From Candidatus Nomurabacteria bacterium (GTDB taxonomy: Bacteria > Patescibacteriota > Minisyncoccia > Phycocordibacterales > UBA1006): a DNA stretch of 33,991 nucleotides. The notes under the pieces were generated by a model, which searched no databases, was not told the DNA's origin, and was given only the letters and a program-made list of their open reading frames with translations. How positions within the stretch are numbered: the first letter of the stretch is position 1; the number at the start of each line of letters is the position of its first letter. Below, one piece after another: positions 22,994 to 29,854 of this stretch. Location: the NCBI GenBank assembly GCA_029882015.1, contig JAOULM010000001.1, forward strand, positions 1-33,991, read 5' to 3'. Made by a program: the position numbers and the translations under genes.

Positions 22994-23294
22994 CAATGGG
23001 TGGATTATTTGCTTGTCACAGTGACAGGGGATAATACCGTAAAACCCAGTATGTACCGGTTAATTCCTCCCCGACGTAGCGGGAGGTCATCAGTTGGTTA
23101 TGACAGAAACAAGCGTGCGAGGGTTTGAGCCTTATGACCATGTATGAGAAAGTTATTGCCGAGCATAACGACTGATAAGCGATCAAGGTTCCGCCAAGCT
23201 TACGGCACATATGATTGCTGTAAGTAGAGCAACAAGGGAACCTTTTCGGGAAATGCCCCCATCAATTTTTTTGATGGGGGTTTTGTTTTTTTTT
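22994..23294 (+). ncRNA. unassigned ~300-nt sRNA-like transcription unit (RNA1)
   Basis: Consensus promoter TTGACA-17-TATACT (22959-22987) and strong terminator CCCCCATCAA-ttttt-TTGATGGGGG plus T-run (23256-23294). Internal helices include AAGGTTCC/GGAACCTT and CCTCCC/GGGAGG. No credible CDS. Confidence 0.55.
23256..23294 (+). terminator. terminator of RNA1
   Basis: CCCCCATCAA-ttttt-TTGATGGGGG followed by TTTTGTTTTTTTTT. Confidence 0.8.
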
Positions 23295-23320
23295 GATAAA
23301 TAAAAATATTCTGATACTAT
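23293..23320 (+). promoter_or_regulatory. promoter of RNA2 (TTGATA-16-TACTAT)
   Basis: Hexamers at 23293-23298 and 23315-23320. Confidence 0.45.
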
Positions 23321-23326
23321 TGTGAT

Positions 23327-23536
23327 GTGGGTGAGTAACAAATCGTGCACCCCACGAGATGTCCCACACGCCCTGGAGGTAATGAGCCCAGGGCATCTTG
23401 GAAACCATAGATAGATATAATATCTATCTCAAATATAAGAGGGCGAGCTGTTCTGGATAACAGGGCGGCTCCAATAACGGCATAGGGCAAATGAACCTGT
23501 GTCTAGGACCCCAGAATTTTTGGGGTCTGTTTTTTT
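23327..23536 (+). ncRNA. unassigned ~210-nt sRNA or cis-leader upstream of trpS (RNA2)
   Basis: Promoter TTGATA-16-TACTAT (23293-23320). Hairpins GCCCTGG/CCAGGGC, AGATAGATA/TATCTATCT and CTGTT/AACAG. Terminator GACCCCA/TGGGGTC plus T7 (23507-23536). Confidence 0.5.
23507..23536 (+). terminator. terminator (or attenuator) of RNA2, 36 nt before trpS
   Basis: GACCCCA-gaatttt-TGGGGTC followed by TGTTTTTTT. Confidence 0.7.
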
Positions 23537-23563
23537 ACACAAAATTTTCAAATTTGGTACAAT
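23535..23563 (+). promoter_or_regulatory. possible proximal trpS promoter (TTACAC-17-TGgTACAAT); ATG 9 nt after the -10
   Basis: Hexamers at 23535-23540 and 23558-23563. Confidence 0.45.
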
Positions 23564-23572
23564 AGCAACTAT

Positions 23573-24538
23573 ATGGAAAAGAAAATTTTAGTATCAGGGG
23601 TCAAGCCAACAGGGCGTCCACATTTGGGGAATTATTTTGGTGCAATGAAACAATTTGTTGAATTACAGAACGAATATGATTCATACATTTTTTTGGCAAA
23701 CTTGCATGCATTAACAACAATCCAGGATGGCGAAACATTGCGCGAATTATCCCGCGAACTTCTTCTTGACTATTTGGCAATCGGTATCGACCCAGAAAAT
23801 GTTGTGATCTTTAATCAGTCAGATGTAAAACAACACGCTGAATTGGGATGGATATTTAACTGTATTACAACTATGCCGTATTTGATGCGCGCGCATTCAT
23901 TTAAAGACGCCGAAGCTAAAAACAAAGACATCAACGTTGGGGTGTTTGATTATCCAATGCTGATGGCAGCAGATATATTATTGTACGGTGCGGACGTAGT
24001 CCCAGTAGGTAAAGACCAGAAACAACATATCGAATTCACGCGCGATACTGCGCAGAAATTTAACAGTATTTTTGGTGAAACTTTTCAATTACCCAAAGCA
24101 CTCATTTTAGAATCTACCGAAACAATCCCCGGAACCGACGGACAAAAAATGTCCAAATCATACGGGAATACCATTCCATTGTTTGGAACTGACGACGAAA
24201 TCAAAACAGCAGTGATGAGCATCGTCACAGGATCTAATCCAAAAAACACACCGAACGATCCAACCGACACATTGTTTACTATTTTGGAACTATTTTTGAA
24301 TGACGATGACACGCCATATGTCCGCGGAAAATATGAATCAGGTGAAATGGGATACAAAGAAACCAAAGAACGTCTAATAACAGAAATTATTGAATTCGTG
24401 GAACCATTGCGAAAACGTCGCGCCGAATTTGCTCGCAGCCAAACACTACTCGACGAGATTCTGCGACAGGGAGCCGCCCGAGCCCGCGCCCGAGCTGAAG
24501 GGGTGATGGAAATCGTCCGCCACAAAGTAGGGATTTAA
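23573..24538 (+). CDS. trpS: tryptophanyl-tRNA synthetase
   Basis: GVKPTGRPHLGNYFGA (HIGH-like), ADILLYGADVVPVGKDQKQH, KMSKS. Confidence 0.95.
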   Translation: MEKKILVSGVKPTGRPHLGNYFGAMKQFVELQNEYDSYIFLANLHALTTIQDGETLRELSRELLLDYLAIGIDPENVVIFNQSDVKQHAELGWIFNCITTMPYLMRAHSFKDAEAKNKDINVGVFDYPMLMAADILLYGADVVPVGKDQKQHIEFTRDTAQKFNSIFGETFQLPKALILESTETIPGTDGQKMSKSYGNTIPLFGTDDEIKTAVMSIVTGSNPKNTPNDPTDTLFTILELFLNDDDTPYVRGKYESGEMGYKETKERLITEIIEFVEPLRKRRAEFARSQTLLDEILRQGAARARARAEGVMEIVRHKVGI

Positions 24539-24553
24539 AAACAATAAAAGGCA

Positions 24554-24590
24554 GAAAAACAGGCTGGTTATCCTGTTTTTCTTTGTTTTA
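24554..24590 (+). terminator. terminator after trpS
   Basis: GAAAAACAGG-ctggttat-CCTGTTTTTC followed by a T-rich tract. Confidence 0.7.
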
Positions 24591-24596
24591 GGCACA

Positions 24597-24625
24597 TTGA
24601 CAAAACAGTGAAAATGTGCTAATAT
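24597..24625 (+). promoter_or_regulatory. promoter of the ABC exporter gene (TTGACA-17-TAATAT)
   Basis: Hexamers at 24597-24602 and 24620-24625. Confidence 0.55.
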
Positions 24626-24664
24626 AGAGTTAAATTTGTTAACTAAATATCTAAAATCATAAAA

Positions 24665-26407
24665 ATGAAGGAATTTTTTGAGAATATAAAAAATACTTAT
24701 CGTAATTACCAAAAGGCGATAACGATAATGATGGTATGTATTTTTCTACAGCAAATGCTGATGGTTACAATACCCTATATTACTGGTGAAATAGTTGACT
24801 TGTTAAGCAGCAAATCATTAGACTCGTTTTTACCGATTGTTGGACTTGCTTGTCTTGCTCTGCTTGGGCACATATTTGCAAAGCTAATTTCATGGCAAAA
24901 AGAGAAAGTAAATATTAATTCATATAACTTTGATTTAAACAAAGACAATTATATGAATGGGATGAATCATTACCTTGGTTTATCTGGAGGGCAACACATG
25001 GGAGAAAATTCAGAAAAAAGAAGAAGTGCCATAGACAAGGGGGCAAATGCCTCTACAAATCTAAGTCACATGTTTTTTCATGAAATTCTTCCTGATATAT
25101 TTCGAACCGTTGTTGTTTTTTCCGCATTACTTATTTTTGATCCAATCATTGGAAGTATTTTATTGGCTTTATTTGTGTTAAATATTGTATTACAGATACT
25201 GACTACAAAAAACATGATGAAAAGCTTTGATGAGTGGCAAATGTTGGGTAAAGAGAGGGACAAGATAGTCGGAGAACATACTCGTAACGTTTTGCTTACC
25301 AAAAGTGTTGGTCAAGAAAGTGAAGCCGAGGATGAAATAGAGCAAGCATTTGATAGGTCAAATGATCATGCAAAAAAACTGTGGACCAAATTCATTAAGA
25401 GCTTGTTGATTATTTCCAGTTCAGTTCCATTTGCGGCAACGGGTGTTTCGCTAATTCTTGCATGGGGTGTTTTTATTGGAAATTTTTCAATAGGACATTT
25501 TGTTTTTGTGAGTATGTGGGCAGGAATGGCTGTAAGCCAAGCATGGACAATTCAACGTTACCAAAGAAGGATAATGCAGTTGTTGCCAGCTTTTCGTGAC
25601 TTGAAAAAAGAGCTAAGGGTGAAATCTGATATTGAGATAGCAAAAAATCCAATTTCAGGAATCATCCAAGATGGAAAAATTGAATTCAAAGACGTTTCTT
25701 TTTCTTATCAGGATAAAGACTTTGAATTGAATAATCTGTCTGTGGTTATTGAACCAGGAGAAAAGATTGGTATTGCAGGTATATCTGGTTCAGGTAAAAG
25801 CACATTTGTTAATTTACTTTTGCGTAACTATGATCCAATTTCTGGACAAGTTTTGGTTGATGATAATGATCTTAGATTAATTGATCTACAGGAATATAAA
25901 AATACTTCTGTGGGGCATGTCGATCAGTCAATATTATTATTTGATCGTACGGTTCGATATAATTTAGGTTATCCGGGAGGGAAAATATCAGAAGATGATA
26001 TGAAGCGTGCCCTTAAAATTGCCAATCTATATGATAGGGTTATGAAACACAAGGATGGTTTAGATGCCAAAATTGGAGAACGCGGAGTTAAATTATCCGG
26101 CGGAGAAAGACAGCGTTTGGCAATTGCCAGAGCCATCATTAAAAATCCAAAGATTTTGATTTTTGACGAAGCTACAGCATCATTAGATGCAAAGAACGAA
26201 AGCGAAATACAAAACGCTATCGACAAAGCTTCAAAGGGAAGGACAATGATTGCTATTGCGCACAGGCTAGCCACCATTCAAAATGCAGACAAAATTTTGT
26301 TTTTTGAAAAAGGCAGGCTGTCTGCAGTTGGAACTCATCTTGAGCTATTAAATAAATCAAAAGCTTATGGTGAATTGTGTAGTCATCAAAATTTACGGAT
26401 TGCATAA
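24665..26407 (+). CDS. ABC exporter, fused permease/ATPase (MsbA/MdlB-like)
   Basis: Six-TM N-terminal domain. Walker A GISGSGKST, signature LSGGERQRLAIARA, Walker B ILIFDEATASLD. Confidence 0.9.
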   Translation: MKEFFENIKNTYRNYQKAITIMMVCIFLQQMLMVTIPYITGEIVDLLSSKSLDSFLPIVGLACLALLGHIFAKLISWQKEKVNINSYNFDLNKDNYMNGMNHYLGLSGGQHMGENSEKRRSAIDKGANASTNLSHMFFHEILPDIFRTVVVFSALLIFDPIIGSILLALFVLNIVLQILTTKNMMKSFDEWQMLGKERDKIVGEHTRNVLLTKSVGQESEAEDEIEQAFDRSNDHAKKLWTKFIKSLLIISSSVPFAATGVSLILAWGVFIGNFSIGHFVFVSMWAGMAVSQAWTIQRYQRRIMQLLPAFRDLKKELRVKSDIEIAKNPISGIIQDGKIEFKDVSFSYQDKDFELNNLSVVIEPGEKIGIAGISGSGKSTFVNLLLRNYDPISGQVLVDDNDLRLIDLQEYKNTSVGHVDQSILLFDRTVRYNLGYPGGKISEDDMKRALKIANLYDRVMKHKDGLDAKIGERGVKLSGGERQRLAIARAIIKNPKILIFDEATASLDAKNESEIQNAIDKASKGRTMIAIAHRLATIQNADKILFFEKGRLSAVGTHLELLNKSKAYGELCSHQNLRIA

Positions 26408-26422
26408 AATATTAAAATTAAA

Positions 26423-26449
26423 ACGGACACAATTTGTGTCCGTTTTTTT
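26423..26449 (+). terminator. terminator after the ABC exporter gene
   Basis: ACGGACACA-att-TGTGTCCGT followed by T7. Confidence 0.8.
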
Positions 26450-26450
26450 A

Positions 26451-26479
26451 TTGCACAAATTTGGTTATTCTGGCATAAT
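26451..26479 (+). promoter_or_regulatory. promoter of the T-box leader (TTGCAC-17-TGgCATAAT)
   Basis: Hexamers at 26451-26456 and 26474-26479. Confidence 0.55.
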
Positions 26480-26485
26480 TGGGGT

Positions 26486-26640
26486 ATTCACTGATGAGCC
26501 TGGATGATAACAGGCGAGGTGTCAATTTTATATAAAGCGCCTTTTGCTACGTGTCGAGCGGCAAGGGGAATCGAGGTGGCACCGCGGATTTATATTCGTC
26601 CTCATAAATTATTCAGTTAGTTTGTGGGGAATTTTTTTAC
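26486..26640 (+). promoter_or_regulatory. T-box riboswitch leader (compact), apparent Asp specifier, controlling hydrolase-aspS
   Basis: Antiterminator: GAGG (26573-26576), 7-nt bulge UGGCACC (26577-26583, canonical UGGNACC), helix GCGGAU/AUUCGU, then CCUC (26600-26603). Competing terminator CCUCAUAAA/UUUGUGGGG plus U7 (26600-26638). 5' hairpin has a K-turn-like UGAUGA/CGAG base and the loop GAUGAUAA. Confidence 0.8.
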
Positions 26641-26649
26641 TCAAAATAT

Positions 26650-27213
26650 ATGAAAACAGCAATTATACTTCATGGCATGCCCGATAAAGAAGAATACTTT
26701 GATCCAGATAACCCATCTCAATCAAATCGCCACTGGTTTCCGTGGCTACAAAAACAATTTGCTTTAAATAACATCTTGGCTCAAACTCTCGAAATGCCAA
26801 AACCATATGAGCCGATTTATGAAGATTGGAAGGAGATGTTTGAACGAATGCCAATTGATAGCGAGACAACATTGGTGGGGCATAGTCTTGGTGCAGGCTT
26901 TTTAGTTCGATGGCTTTCTGAATCTGACAAGAAAGTTGGTAAAGTCGTACTTGTAGCTCCGTGGTTGGACCCGACTGATATTATAAAACCTTTCTTTGAC
27001 TTTGAAATTGACGAGAGTATCTCAACAAAAACAGAAAGTTTGTCTATATTTTACTCTACAAATGATTTTGAAGATATTCAGGATAGTGTTACCAAGCTTA
27101 AGGGATCACTTAAGAATATAAACTGGAAAGAGTTTGAAAACAAAGGCCATTTCTGTACTGAGGACCTTGGTGGACCAGAATTTCCAGAATTAAGAGATTT
27201 ACTTATTAATTAA
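26650..27213 (+). CDS. alpha/beta serine hydrolase, YdeN/RBBP9-like
   Basis: AIILHGMPD...HWFPWLQKQF...LVGHSLGAGFLVRWL (GxSxG nucleophile elbow), about 187 aa. First gene behind the T-box leader. Confidence 0.7.
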   Translation: MKTAIILHGMPDKEEYFDPDNPSQSNRHWFPWLQKQFALNNILAQTLEMPKPYEPIYEDWKEMFERMPIDSETTLVGHSLGAGFLVRWLSESDKKVGKVVLVAPWLDPTDIIKPFFDFEIDESISTKTESLSIFYSTNDFEDIQDSVTKLKGSLKNINWKEFENKGHFCTEDLGGPEFPELRDLLIN

Positions 27214-27223
27214 TTTTTAATAT

Positions 27224-28642
27224 ATGCGAACACTAATAAAAAACTTAAATACACAAAAGGGAGAGACCGTAACAATAAACGGTTGGGTTCACGTTGCGCG
27301 GGATCAGGGGAAAATGGCTTTCTTTGATTTTCGTGACATGACCGGAACCGTACAGGGTGTCGTATTCGGAAAACCAGAGGTTTTGGAAATTGCCAAAACC
27401 TTGCGTCCAGAATGGGTTGTTGCCGTAACTGGTATTGTGAACGAACGACCCGAAAAAATGGTCAAAGCTGGCGTATTAAACGGCGACATCGAATTGGAAA
27501 TTACAGAAATTACAGTATTGAACACAGCGACGACGCCAGCATTTGAATTGACCGAAAGCACTATAGGAATCAACGAACGTGTGCGATTGGAAAATCGCTA
27601 TGTTGATTTGCGAACTGATCGCTTGCAGAAAAACCTGCGCATGCGTCACGCCGTGGCGAAACTGACTCGGGATATTTTGGATGACGAGGGATTCACAGAA
27701 ATCGAGACTCCGTTGTTTACGAAATCAACTCCCGAGGGGGCTCGCGATTATGTCGTGCCTGCGCGTCTGTACCCAGGACAGTTTTACGCACTGCCACAGT
27801 CACCTCAGCAGTATAAACAGCTATTGATGGCTGGGGGCATCGAGCGGTATTTTCAGTTTGCAAAATGTATGCGCGACGAGGATACCCGTGGTGACCGTCA
27901 ACCAGAATTTACACAGATGGACATGGAGATGTCATTCGCGACCGAAGACGAAATCATGGCAATCAACGAAAAGGTCTTGATAGCTATTGTTGAAAAACTA
28001 TATCCAGAAAAACGAATCCAAACAGTTCCATTCCCACGCATTACGTATGCCGAGGCTATGGAAAAACATGGTAGCGATCGACCTGATCTACGTGAAGACA
28101 AAACCGACGACAATCTATTGGCGTTTGCGTGGGTGGTGGACTGGCCATTTTTCGAAAAAACTGCGGACAGCGATGATCCACAGGCAACAGGAGAATGGAC
28201 GTTTACGCATAACCCATTTTCATTGTCGAAACCAGAACATATCGAGAACTTGAAAAACAAAACAAACATCGGTGACATCATGGCGTCACAGTACGACATT
28301 ACATTGAACGGACTGGAAATCGGTGGGGGATCAATCCGAGCCCATGATCCAGAAATCTTGAAATCTATTTTGCAGATTTTGGGACACAGCGATGAAAAAA
28401 TTGAAAAGAATTTCGGTCACATGTTGCGCGCATTGGGATCAGGAACACCACCACACGGGGGAATCGCGTGGGGGTTTGACCGATTGATGATGATCCTGCA
28501 AAACGAACCAAACATCCGCGAGGTAATCGCATTTCCAAAAACCGGCGAAGGTCGCGATCTGATGATGGATTCACCGTCACCAATTTCAGACCAGCAGTTG
28601 GGGGAATTGAATATTAAATTAGATTTACCAGTAGAAGAGTAG
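27224..28642 (+). CDS. aspS: aspartyl-tRNA synthetase, bacterial-type sequence but lacking the GAD insertion domain (472 aa)
   Basis: OB-fold N-terminus, FYALPQSPQQYKQLLM, PEFTQMDMEMSF, FTHNPF, GGGSIR, PPHGGIAWGFDRL. Confidence 0.95.
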   Translation: MRTLIKNLNTQKGETVTINGWVHVARDQGKMAFFDFRDMTGTVQGVVFGKPEVLEIAKTLRPEWVVAVTGIVNERPEKMVKAGVLNGDIELEITEITVLNTATTPAFELTESTIGINERVRLENRYVDLRTDRLQKNLRMRHAVAKLTRDILDDEGFTEIETPLFTKSTPEGARDYVVPARLYPGQFYALPQSPQQYKQLLMAGGIERYFQFAKCMRDEDTRGDRQPEFTQMDMEMSFATEDEIMAINEKVLIAIVEKLYPEKRIQTVPFPRITYAEAMEKHGSDRPDLREDKTDDNLLAFAWVVDWPFFEKTADSDDPQATGEWTFTHNPFSLSKPEHIENLKNKTNIGDIMASQYDITLNGLEIGGGSIRAHDPEILKSILQILGHSDEKIEKNFGHMLRALGSGTPPHGGIAWGFDRLMMILQNEPNIREVIAFPKTGEGRDLMMDSPSPISDQQLGELNIKLDLPVEE

Positions 28643-28648
28643 AAAAAA

Positions 28649-28707
28649 ATACCCCTCAGTCTCGCTCGTACCTCGTTCGACAGCTCCCCTACATAGGGGA
28701 GGAGGGA
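28649..28707 (-). repeat. GC-rich palindromic repeat unit, long variant, inverted orientation, 7 nt after the aspS stop
   Basis: atacccctcagtctcgctcgtacctcgttcgacagctcccctacataggggaggaggga is near-identical to 30672-30728. Confidence 0.85.
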
Positions 28708-28730
28708 CGCGTTGAAATCAGGTAAATAAA

Positions 28731-28757
28731 AAAGGAGTCCCGAAATGGGGCTCCTTT
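28731..28757. terminator. bidirectional hairpin between convergent aspS and orf 28760
   Basis: AAAGGAGTCCC-gaaat-GGGGCTCCTTT, with the same TAAATAAAAAAGGAG lead-in as 29250-29283. Confidence 0.65.
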
Positions 28758-28759
28758 TG

Positions 28760-29182
28760 CTAGTCTTGTGATACTTTCTTTAGCGGGTTCATCAGTTCAG
28801 TGATAGATCCTTCTTTGAAGGGAACTATTAAACAAGTGTCGAATAAATCATCAAACACATTAATTTTTGTTTCCCCTATATAAATTAGTTTAGGCCGACA
28901 TTTCGATAACTTTAATAGGTCGTATATTTCCCGTATTTCTCTTTCAACTCGGATATTCATTATCTCGGCTGGGGGAAATGGTGTGGTTTTTTTGAAGCTA
29001 TTGGCTGTTGCTACTGACTGATCAACAATAATAATACCGTAATCAGTTATATCATTAATCTTTTTGGTATCGAGGCTTTCTTCCCAGATTACATTGTGAC
29101 CCTTGGATCTGAGATAATCGATAGTCTTTTTTGGGTTCTCGGGTATTGCACAGTTTCCAATCCCTAGAAATAACATTTTCAT
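28760..29182 (-). CDS. hypothetical protein, predicted flavodoxin/receiver-like alpha-beta fold (140 aa)
   Basis: MKMLFLGIGN...DYGIIIVDQ...IYDLL. Own TTGACA-16-TATTAT promoter and hairpin terminator. Distantly similar to 29292-29780. Confidence 0.55.
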   Translation of the reverse strand: MKMLFLGIGNCAIPENPKKTIDYLRSKGHNVIWEESLDTKKINDITDYGIIIVDQSVATANSFKKTTPFPPAEIMNIRVEREIREIYDLLKLSKCRPKLIYIGETKINVFDDLFDTCLIVPFKEGSITELMNPLKKVSQD

Positions 29183-29214
29183 AGTCGCTGATTTTTTTTG
29201 TGAAATTTATCTTT

Positions 29215-29242
29215 ATAATATCAATTTAATAGCGTTTGTCAA
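29215..29242 (-). promoter_or_regulatory. promoter of orf 28760-29182 (TTGACA-16-TATTAT, minus strand)
   Basis: Plus-strand ataata at 29215-29220 and tgtcaa at 29237-29242. Confidence 0.5.
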
Positions 29243-29256
29243 TATTTAAGTAAATA

Positions 29257-29283
29257 AAAAAGGAGCCATAATAGGCTCCTTTT
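29257..29283 (-). terminator. terminator after orf 29292-29780
   Basis: AAAAGGAGCC-ataata-GGCTCCTTTT. On the minus strand a T-run follows. Confidence 0.65.
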
Positions 29284-29291
29284 AGGTGTTT

Positions 29292-29780
29292 TTAATACCC
29301 AGGTTCATTCCAATCAAGATCAGGTGATCGAGGATTGGAGTTTTTTAGACTAAGATCAGGAAGAGGAATGTCGTCAGGATATTCGCTCTTATTTTTTACA
29401 GGCTTGATGTTCAGGATTTTTTCTAAATCTGGAATGCTCCAGTTTTTCTTTAAGTATCTATGGAATCCTTTTTTTATTGTATTCTTGGTTGGCCCCGCTT
29501 CGACAAAGACAAATCCTGGTATATATTTTACAGGACTGAGAATATCATATATCTTCTGCATCGTTTTTTCAACATGGGCTGTGGTAGATTTTACTGAGTC
29601 TTTCCATGGATCATTTGAAAATCTGACATAAGAGTCAACAAAGATAAAATCATACCCGAGGAGGTCTTTTAGATTTTCTTCTTCAATTCCAGCTTTTAGC
29701 GTGACATTTCGTTCGCTGTATTTTTCTATTTGTTTACAGAGACCTCCGCGGTCCTCTCCTAATACTAATATTTTGCTCAT
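29292..29780 (-). CDS. hypothetical protein, distantly related to 28760-29182 (162 aa)
   Basis: SKILVLGED...YDFIFVDS...IYDIL. Same promoter and terminator architecture as its neighbour. Confidence 0.55.
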   Translation of the reverse strand: MSKILVLGEDRGGLCKQIEKYSERNVTLKAGIEEENLKDLLGYDFIFVDSYVRFSNDPWKDSVKSTTAHVEKTMQKIYDILSPVKYIPGFVFVEAGPTKNTIKKGFHRYLKKNWSIPDLEKILNIKPVKNKSEYPDDIPLPDLSLKNSNPRSPDLDWNEPGY

Positions 29781-29813
29781 AAATTAAGTTTTCGTTTGTA
29801 AATGTTTATACAT

Positions 29814-29841
29814 ATAATATCATTTAAAAATATTTTGTCAA
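29814..29841 (-). promoter_or_regulatory. promoter of orf 29292-29780 (TTGACA-16-TATTAT, minus strand)
   Basis: Plus-strand ataata at 29814-29819 and tgtcaa at 29836-29841. Confidence 0.5.
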
Positions 29842-29845
29842 TCGG

Positions 29846-29854
29846 TGGTATAAT
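29846..29854 (+). promoter_or_regulatory. extended -10 promoter of scpA (TGgTATAAT); ATG 11 nt downstream
   Basis: TG at 29846-29847, TATAAT at 29849-29854. Confidence 0.45.

Noticed and set aside
23016-23210. 64-aa minus-strand ORF and short plus-strand ORFs (12 and 25 codons) inside RNA1 as possible small proteins
   Set aside because: The promoter and terminator orientation define a plus-strand transcript, so the minus-strand ORF has no expression signals. The plus-strand mini-ORFs have no conservation evidence and are of a length expected by chance. I kept the region as an ncRNA candidate.
22994-23536. Assignment of RNA1 or RNA2 to RNase P RNA, tmRNA, SRP RNA, 6S RNA or a TPP riboswitch
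   Set aside because: I could not find GGAAAGUCC or ACAGAA..GGCUUA (RNase P). There is no tRNA-like 3' end or tag ORF (tmRNA), and no GGAA tetraloop with AGCAGC symmetric loop (SRP). The CUGGAUAAC and UGAACCUG strings in RNA2 occur in the wrong order for a TPP aptamer. 6S has no sequence hallmark, so it cannot be confirmed or excluded by eye.
23327-23536. RNA2 as a canonical Trp T-box for trpS
   Set aside because: There is no UGGNACC bulge flanked by A1/A2 helices. No UGG specifier sits in the 5' hairpin loop (AGUAACAAAUCGU). Only the K-turn-like UGAUG/CGAG frame resembles the aspS leader. It is reported as an unassigned element instead.
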